Positions 59,301-64,000 of a DNA stretch of 64,000 nt are shown in pieces. Location of the stretch: IMG/VR virus record IMGVR_UViG_3300032214_001346, positions 29,413 through 93,412 of that record. One strand, 5' to 3'. Position 1 is the first letter of the stretch, and the number at the start of each line of letters is the position of its first letter. The position numbers and the translations under genes are program-made. The stretch comes from a virus. Below the pieces are notes generated by a model that saw only the letters and a list, made by a program, of their open reading frames with translations, was not told the origin of the DNA and searched no databases.

Positions 59301-62300
59301 TCAGTATTGCACCAATAGCTGACACAATGTACACTCAAGCGGTCGCAGCACTTAAAGACAATGAAGTTAAGTCCAATGTAGACATCAGTAAAAATAAGAT
59401 TGTCTCTAACCAGGCACAAGCTAGACTTTACGGAACTACCTTGACATCTCAGCAAATTGCGCCCGGCTTATCTGACAGACAGATTGCAGATTTGACTTTT
59501 CAGCAAAAAGTATTAGAGCGTTCTTTGAAAATCAAGGAAGATAACTTATTGAAACTCCAAAACGCTGCTGCACAATCTCCAACCAACTTATCTCAAATAC
59601 AAGAGGAAATTACCAAGCTTCAGCAGGAAATAGCGAAGGATAGGGAACAGGTAAGCCAAAATACTTTAGAGATTGTTAAAGCGCAACGAGAAGCTAGACA
59701 AGCGTTAATTGACCAGACTAAACAGGTAGCGGAATACTACCGGACATCTTTAAGGGAGTCCCAAGCTGCTGCTATTGAGTTTGATAAAGCTACCAATAAC
59801 ATTAAGTCTCAACAGTTCGCTACTAAGCTGAAACAGGCTTTGGTTGGGGCTGGTAATAATATCTTTACCAACTTTATTGACAGTGTAATTGGGTTGTTCC
59901 AACAACTTACTGAAATTGAGAACTTACGCTTAGACAGGCAAAAACAGAAGTTAGATTATGAGAACAATATACAGGACATCCTGATTAAAGTCACGGAAAT
60001 GCAGCGTAGTCTACCGGGTAAGATTGTACCTTTTAGTCTTGATCAGATTCGTAACTTTGACAAGGAATTGGGAACTGTTAACAGCAGTGTGTCAGGTATC
60101 AATAAAGAGATTAACAGTGTTACAAAAAATTTAGGTGTAAGTGCAGTTAATTCTACTATACAACTTAATAAGCAATTAAAAGAGGTTCTTAGCACTGTAG
60201 AAAAGATAAATAAAGTAACTAGTAATCAGCAGCTACAACCACCAAACAACAGTGGTGTTTCTCCAGTACCGATATCTCAGAAAACAAAAATACCAGTAAC
60301 ACCTGAAGATGAGCAAATTTGGCGTGAGTTTGTTGCACCACAATCTGGTATTAAAAGCGGTACATCTAGTCTACCCACATCCACTCCAGTAGCTAATGCG
60401 CCTAAAGAGGTGTTGGTGGCTGGGCTTATGTCAGATATGGGCTATAGCTACTATTCTCAAGTCACTAAGTCAAAACCAAAGCTACCGGACAATGCTTTTT
60501 TATCACCTATTGTGGGTAAGAACTTATCTAACATCATTAATACTAAATACCGACCTGAAGATTCCTTTGGGAAGACCGGAGGGATTCGGTTTAACCAGAA
60601 TATTGGGGTTGGTAAAAATACCAATATTCAATCTTCTGTAACTGGTATGGCTACGCTTATTGGTAATACTTTAGAGATTATCAAACAAACCAAGGGTGGC
60701 ACTATTAAGCTGATTTATGAAGGGTTGAATATTCCCAGTGTTAAAAAGAATTTGAAACTCAATGATGGTGGTTCTGTCAATATCAATGCTGGGCAATTAA
60801 TTGGTACTTTAGCAGGGAATAATTTTAAGTTCCGCACAGAAGTCAATTCCTCTAATATGGACCCATTAAAAGTCGTTAGAGACATTGAATATAAAAGATT
60901 AAATGCTTTTCAGAAAGCGGCTAGGTTTTTTGATCAGCCAAATAAAGCCGTAACAAATTTAGGTTTATTGCCAGAGCCAAAGCCGGTAGCAACATCTTCT
61001 ACACCACCTGTTAACCGGGCTATTAATTGGTTTAAAGCAGGAGTCAAAAAATTTGTGAGAAAAAATGCTCCTGAAGAGGTTAAGCGAGTCATCCGTAATA
61101 CAAAGAATTTTGTTGATAATATTCCACCAATAATCCCTACGTATAATCAGAATACTAACAGCTACAATCCTGGTATTTTGGATATTTTAATAGGCAATAA
61201 TTCAAAACCAAATCCAAAACCAAAACCAAATCCAAAACCAAACAATAGTACTGGTAGTAGTAGAAATAACCAAAGCACTGGTAACAAGCCGACAACAACC
61301 AACCAAGGTAATGTACCAAATTTGTCTGGTGCATTTCCACAGCCTAGCACTGGCGGGCTAACTACAGTAAGTAACACTGGAAACCCAGGTAACGTACCAA
61401 ATTTATCTGGTGCATTTCCACAGCCAGGAAAAACACCACAGCCAGGAAAAACACCACAGCCACAACTACCACAAATACCACAGACAAGGCAACCCGTGGT
61501 AATTCCACCAGGCACTGATCCTTACACTAGATCACAATTGCAGAATCAGCCATTACCTGATAAGTTACAAGGAGGTGTTGGAGAAGCTGGTAAGCTCGGT
61601 GTGGAAGCTGCTAAAAAAAGAGACGCTGCGGCTAGGTTGCAAAGGCAACAAGAAATAAGCGCAAAGCTGGTAGAGTTCCAAAGAAATTTATCCAATCTAT
61701 TAAGAGATACCAATAAAGGTATCAGAGATGAATCACTACAGGCTGCACAAGATATTAGTAATGCTTCTGAGTATATACAAGGGCTGTTAAATCCCAATGC
61801 TTCTGATAAGGAAAAATTTGCTACTGACTTCCAAAAACTAAAGAATGAATACCAAGCAAGGATTAATGAACAACAGAATATTATTGAGTCTACAAGAGCG
61901 CCTCTTGCTGAATTAGCAAAGGTTGATGAGCTAATTGCTGCTGCTCAGAGAGAAGGTATAGATGCGTCAGGGCTAAAAAGATTAAGAGACGAAGTGTACA
62001 GAGTCGTTAAAGCAAGGGAACGAACAGCGATCGCACTCCGCAATATGTACACCAAGAACAAGCAAGCGGTTTTTGATAAGTATGTAAGCAGATTTAAAGA
62101 GGAGCAATCAGATAAAGATGCTGATAGAAAAGCTGCTCTCTTGGGTGTAAATATCAGTCAATTAAAACTACGATTGGAAGAACTGAGAGGAATTCAAGCA
62201 ATTGATCCTTTGAACCCTGAATTACTCAAGATACCTGACCTTGAAGCAAATATAGCTGAATTAGAATTAACTCAAACAACCCTCCAAAAAATAGCTGCAC

Positions 62301-63892
62301 TTAGACGCGAGTGGCGACAATCAGGGGGTAAAAACATGGGTAAAGATGTTTATGACAAAAGAATGCAAGATATTAAGAATACTGTCACAAAACAGACAGC
62401 AATCATTGAAAGAAAGCGTCGGACTGACAATATATCAGCTTATGTTAATCGTGAACTTGGATTGATAGATAAAGGGGCTGCTGAGAGAGAACCAATTACC
62501 AAGGGTTTACAGCTTGATAATAGTTTATTTGCTGCTAGGAATAAGAACGGTTTAGTTAATATTATTAACTTTGAAAATGAAGCATTAATTAAACAAAAAG
62601 AGTTAATGGACTCTTACAGAAAAACTAGCTTAGAGACTCAGCGCGACTTTAAATTATCTTCTGATGATAGAATCACAAAACGCCTAAGAAATGCTATGAA
62701 TCTCCAAAAAGAATTAAATGTTTTAAAAGTGGAAACTGAGTACCAAAAAGCGACTGGCGAGATTAAAAATAGACAGGTGACTGTAGATGTGGAAGTGAGA
62801 TTATCTGATTCTGCTAAGGCTATTTTTGAAAGCAAGAGTACCATTAAAAAGAATTTGGGATTGGAGTTGGCAGGGGAAAGATTAGACCGTCAGAACGCAA
62901 TTACGACTCAAGAGAATGAGTATAAGCGAAAACAAAATGAAACTAGTCAATTTATTCTGGACAATAACCTGACTGAGTCACAGGCTTATGTACTGAGAAA
63001 GAATAATGAAGTAGAGAATGATTTAAAGCTACGTACCATTAAATCCCAGTTCTCAGAGTTTGCACAACTAATTAAGTCCTTTGTGTCTGGATTTAAGAGT
63101 TCTTTTAAAGAGTTTCTACTCAGCACAGAAGACACAGGTACAGCACTACTGAATTTAGCTAAAGGTATAGGTAAGTCTGTACTGGATACTTTGGCGGAAA
63201 TGGCATCTAAGCGTGTAACAGACTTACTTTTTGGTTGGATGGGCGGGGCTGGGCTTAACCCGGCAACAGAATTATCTTTTGCTGCTCAACAACTTACTCA
63301 AGCTGCGATCGCGCTACAGACAGCGGCGGGTGCTTCAGCCTTAGACTTGGGTAGCTTTGATGGATTTGCTGGTTTTGGTGATATTGCTTCTTTTATCCCT
63401 ACGGGTATGGAGTTCTTAGATCCTTCTACTTTTGGGGCTGCTGACTTTGGTTCAGCTATTTTATCAGGATTTGCTAAAGGTGGGATGATTGATAAAGATA
63501 CTCTTGGGAAGATTCAGAATTTTGCCAACGGGGGAATTGTGGGAACGATGAACAAGGAACGGGCTATGACAGGGAGGACGCCGCACTTGGTGGTCGCTTC
63601 TGAAGGTGAGCGCATCCTTAATCACAAAGAAACTGCTATTTGGAATAAGTTGCAATCAGGTATTTCTGGATTTGCTGATGGTGGTATTGTCGGTGGTGGC
63701 TCTGGGGATATTGCTTCTAAGATTGGTAGCACTACAACGGTAAATGTGCCTGTGAGTGTGTCAGTGAGTGAAGGTTCTGATGTAGATGGAGCTAGATTGT
63801 CACAGACTGTTCAGGCTCTTGTCAGTGATGGAATTAGGCGGGAGATGCGTCCTGGTGGCTCTATTCGCAGGGGTAATCCTTACGGTCGATAA
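50375..63892 (+). CDS. Tape measure protein (4505 aa)
   Basis: MNLGELIVELSAD start, tape-measure domain (AYTQILAKGKLSMEELRQQLGEKFP), GI.SPS.VM repeats, FA.GG C-terminal repeats. Confidence 0.93.
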   Translation: MNLGELIVELSADSSELEKTLERAKKNAYEAAKAVEKSFADIELKIGVDDDSLTDLNEHLNLKVKHLKEVNKYFNNNPIVVNVDDKELTDLNKHLNLKLKFFKEVNKYFDDNPIKVNTDTKSLDELEDHLKKLSDKTITITVESELSKQLEKSLVDAVKNAVKEGMEQQTSASEASPEKGKSMGRIVAEGMFSKFGEDIMRGLSQGLKDVSGADVETIARVTSNVILRYAGAGKEAQNDPRNSNKKFTEITKDALEAIIRQYEQEAMGLGSIAPNKTANESGKKQPKTAESSNKKTEKKLNNIAENAIFDLFLGGNLSQNIIKNLALKTVQKTLKTLLPHTYSTVENLTSSTTQTTSTELKLGQAATSLQNAAQSLNNAANTLNNSVSATDLITTTAVIQSPVEEIQPLNVPLLPPSKAKKPKPELELVPIENTAEVAQEQLKQHIKSIRSNTFQNLHQSRQYADASAKENNDKLIPLEPIKAKKIDNIKVQKEMSLENIKASFKAINQYFAEEYNKLTAELKQVKKTGTPAEIKATRERFKKFIANSNSAIKDIDDTIIKAKETGFESHINSDLTDVYRKGKGEIRNRQQRAIHSEGDLNYTEKDIFEKQRKGYVDLAQRLGIDIDAGLAKGVKHGTNGVSDEARKMLDDLIETVEAKMKIQSPSLVMFEIGMMIASGLFLGMQKGNSKVAIGARQLVSTVKDAVGSAKEILEPALAIGGLIPGVSTAATYGGVGLAAADSGLKMLDKVGERHAANPTQTLFQSAFESGKDFITELRADKTLTKPREAFDHFINLSKAGAATFGVNSFTAFDAAQSGMTALLRSGAIGKAVAQSHGETKTRLAKDPSLDYMTTYKAVLTEKLKDLKLTKPEIIKAIGSALKVVPTGFGTAANSAAETAGMVLADGINALTIPRDLYRNIATKTAKGATYQQAIAESITDLGAPTQVADVIGSFGDKHSVSLNAFARMSGNVVENINRSLINTVAASSKAVSVSTNAVSNQVKKNMGHLPSQQPISKSDSGNVTSAAVASGNASSKPFTSIGGNIMKGLGKGMADSIGSVTKVMDNAGNAIQSQIKQNMGISSPSKVMIALGLMITSGLAIGIKKGAINVDGSMEAVVGSISSGVKKYTNIRQFFVQSLNKNPNNVISQLIQSLKKDFGSNTILGNVFNSAMSAFGKGGGLKDISVNFISSFGKGVLASTGGVIGIVSNFASSVIGAIKKVFGIASPSKIMMAIGLIFGNSFKVKALSALLSAKLAISQVMNDIVDNIRNIVSSQPPVTPPKLKKKTLFNMFADLSTADVLGATHRFISPILPKHLQSNDVEFYKQLYQGQNTPGTILKNTFDEIKSNIKPGGLIDGYLKLGTDLATNIFTAVSTSLHQTTLSGYASLGQTMRNAVNAALFSLADTLKQPLHQALLSQTRSILPWFLKFIPRSFQLLPKLSFAVPLVGGLALKLGNSIVKNLLENNILKEGGFLTNLLSSIIRINLPALPGVKKSNLIKGLGDVLSPLPFLMTASPISGLPLPFSSLISSLVAEPGSHYRGLKNTDLKKKAPTVEQVLQNQTQVNREKAQLRDVAGTQASKEFIENLGNTLLDKVLINLDIPVIPRSVVQGLVGKKLGEESGSLANILNSIGIQKSKAEQVLTRNLESGNTKRLDRLTKQILRERGVTKSVRDAMTPEQLAAARDNVLNNPLDITKKERDFLRFEGDLEANIGKKGFDITQRTREAKLIRILRERGVSNAEIKNIRQSNGLNDLAADLVANPRTGSFIGKLTEAYASNDQDAMKELVKQGLRKTGMSAKQIDAIDPKLLDTATAGLMTTLSGLQAKFREKGFDMGKALAKGLKDSMVNLANAKDDLEYTAKKAMGQVNLSDSIKLIKNRILRGTAATQEQFTEMYNQMGSKFKNKLFGDSKEGDDIFPSVLQFMGSIATTFAPITTMIGAITPLLLPLAPIITGIGMAVNMVAPHVAKLIDGIQRVEILQRRFKFLGGSTEGGKAELNYAKDIAGKLNVPSEVAANSYSQIAIAAKDSKMEGQGVKELFEGITSSLSALGITGQDASLVFMAYTQILAKGKLSMEELRQQLGEKFPPAMATFAKAMGVTIPEMNELVASGSILSQDILPKVAKVLKEDYGSAASDQAGGLVVALNKLGNVGFEITTIFADQIGGTLGFFVDLFANILGLLKNTLNELIPLAQSFMIGFATSIAIGLTVILTQLNPFVVAMKSLQAFLLATFSAITTNMMPMVVGILSDVGDGWLGAERNLMDNMVQGVSNMIITVFSTIDTVMRSMSDHQFSFGTVFGGLIQGAEQAGSIIDWLKGVFAGFFKILPSGIVEILAIVFMLEQAIALAVMALWPAVTKLWGGFTGMFKASWTAFRGVMGTIKGVTELMMTSSALGSQVVDQTEARTLKRVSAINASLAFLKQALLHFGVAYAVLMFSKGDFSDPLRESINKSTADINKHLNQVRLNINQTTEAFNKATKSVEKLGNTITHALPAKGVQLDVRSLWGGGDWKWDDAVRDTNAKYRQGGSGPSAMDVIGTGALYAGGAGYAAAAGSKAIKAIVDLAVKTAPILASNAALGSAPGSRMAVPLFGRLATAIAPVVAIMGPWGLAIAGLIATIVAVGVALDAFAPKITKAQLKELPEEIKQIINAKEVGERLDSASLQVIKLYKDQQLSNERLKEFMASIGLDGKNPYGFVARPVVPMTQEQKERFEKEIPVQNITKSIEDKKASLQELEKNAGTTETEKSKARSKQGYKTVQEELTKLEKDKLLMQLSFMANYDNKSRMDAIDEEIKKKEAEIRKAVEQVPESTPWIVSSYEGLGGFAPVNKPVVPKDLKPKEDLEKLQKEKAALQININASAQRRVNYDAIKKIDVDIEKTAAEFVKASNQLAVNPNDKLRNKAGLAKERIAQLQKQRQKLVDEFGDPTPAIKQMLEVTKREIEKTLSDSSITSQQRKVTVQQLRKTQETLEKSLAEAEKFSIAPIADTMYTQAVAALKDNEVKSNVDISKNKIVSNQAQARLYGTTLTSQQIAPGLSDRQIADLTFQQKVLERSLKIKEDNLLKLQNAAAQSPTNLSQIQEEITKLQQEIAKDREQVSQNTLEIVKAQREARQALIDQTKQVAEYYRTSLRESQAAAIEFDKATNNIKSQQFATKLKQALVGAGNNIFTNFIDSVIGLFQQLTEIENLRLDRQKQKLDYENNIQDILIKVTEMQRSLPGKIVPFSLDQIRNFDKELGTVNSSVSGINKEINSVTKNLGVSAVNSTIQLNKQLKEVLSTVEKINKVTSNQQLQPPNNSGVSPVPISQKTKIPVTPEDEQIWREFVAPQSGIKSGTSSLPTSTPVANAPKEVLVAGLMSDMGYSYYSQVTKSKPKLPDNAFLSPIVGKNLSNIINTKYRPEDSFGKTGGIRFNQNIGVGKNTNIQSSVTGMATLIGNTLEIIKQTKGGTIKLIYEGLNIPSVKKNLKLNDGGSVNINAGQLIGTLAGNNFKFRTEVNSSNMDPLKVVRDIEYKRLNAFQKAARFFDQPNKAVTNLGLLPEPKPVATSSTPPVNRAINWFKAGVKKFVRKNAPEEVKRVIRNTKNFVDNIPPIIPTYNQNTNSYNPGILDILIGNNSKPNPKPKPNPKPNNSTGSSRNNQSTGNKPTTTNQGNVPNLSGAFPQPSTGGLTTVSNTGNPGNVPNLSGAFPQPGKTPQPGKTPQPQLPQIPQTRQPVVIPPGTDPYTRSQLQNQPLPDKLQGGVGEAGKLGVEAAKKRDAAARLQRQQEISAKLVEFQRNLSNLLRDTNKGIRDESLQAAQDISNASEYIQGLLNPNASDKEKFATDFQKLKNEYQARINEQQNIIESTRAPLAELAKVDELIAAAQREGIDASGLKRLRDEVYRVVKARERTAIALRNMYTKNKQAVFDKYVSRFKEEQSDKDADRKAALLGVNISQLKLRLEELRGIQAIDPLNPELLKIPDLEANIAELELTQTTLQKIAALRREWRQSGGKNMGKDVYDKRMQDIKNTVTKQTAIIERKRRTDNISAYVNRELGLIDKGAAEREPITKGLQLDNSLFAARNKNGLVNIINFENEALIKQKELMDSYRKTSLETQRDFKLSSDDRITKRLRNAMNLQKELNVLKVETEYQKATGEIKNRQVTVDVEVRLSDSAKAIFESKSTIKKNLGLELAGERLDRQNAITTQENEYKRKQNETSQFILDNNLTESQAYVLRKNNEVENDLKLRTIKSQFSEFAQLIKSFVSGFKSSFKEFLLSTEDTGTALLNLAKGIGKSVLDTLAEMASKRVTDLLFGWMGGAGLNPATELSFAAQQLTQAAIALQTAAGASALDLGSFDGFAGFGDIASFIPTGMEFLDPSTFGAADFGSAILSGFAKGGMIDKDTLGKIQNFANGGIVGTMNKERAMTGRTPHLVVASEGERILNHKETAIWNKLQSGISGFADGGIVGGGSGDIASKIGSTTTVNVPVSVSVSEGSDVDGARLSQTVQALVSDGIRREMRPGGSIRRGNPYGR

Positions 63893-63893
63893 T

Positions 63894-64000
63894 GGTAGGG
63901 GTCAACAGATACCAGAACGGTAGGGGTCAACAGATACCAGAACGGTAGGGGTCAACAGATACCAGAACGGTAGGGGTCAACAGATACCAGAACGGTAGGG
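63894..64000. repeat. Perfect 25-bp tandem repeat GGTAGGGGTCAACAGATACCAGAAC, at least 4.3 copies, runs off the window
   Basis: Direct reading. Confidence 0.92.

Larger units (their letters stand above)
1..64000. mobile_element. Temperate cyanophage / phage-plasmid (long-tailed siphovirus), partial genome
   Basis: Terminase, prohead protease, capsid, tail tube, tail chaperone, tape measure, antirepressor and protelomerase-like genes. HIP1 sites and nblA point to a cyanobacterial host. No host housekeeping genes seen. Confidence 0.93.

Noticed and set aside
52231-63655. Many short antisense ORFs within the tape measure and other long genes
   Set aside because: Shadow ORFs opposite well-supported genes, with no motifs.
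63894-64000. Second CRISPR array
   Set aside because: The repeats are contiguous with no spacers.
1-64000. tRNA/rRNA genes, integrase, portal, cas1/cas2, reverse transcriptase
   Set aside because: None recognised in this window; they may lie outside it or be too divergent to see without searches.

Overview
This window is part of a large temperate cyanophage or phage-plasmid with a siphovirus morphogenesis module. The host is a cyanobacterium: the HIP1 octamer GCGATCGC occurs more than 30 times by eye, and there is an nblA gene that the ORF track missed. From left to right it holds XRE/RHH regulators, a protelomerase-like gene, three DNA methyltransferases, nblA, a membrane-protein operon with an FtsK/HerA-like ATPase, antirepressor cassettes (BRO, Rha) and a double iteron region. 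It then carries a TnpB-like/Cas12f-type effector with a CRISPR array and no cas1/cas2, a scrambled packaging region, head and tail genes, and a 4505-aa tape measure protein. The most unusual part is the CRISPR locus (27.9-31.5 kb). The effector ORF runs through a hairpin-rich tracr/omegaRNA-like region and stops inside the first repeat. The array is split by a 79-aa gene bounded by two copies of a 36-bp spacer that is itself a promoter. An orphan half-repeat sits inside the putative origin region. Other highlights are a perfect 32-bp palindrome (candidate telomere-resolution site), a covarying RNA leader shared by three antirepressor genes, tandem promoter-terminator small-RNA units, and a head-tail gene inverted so that it shares its start CATG with the next gene. 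All family assignments are by motif recognition only; no database searches were run.
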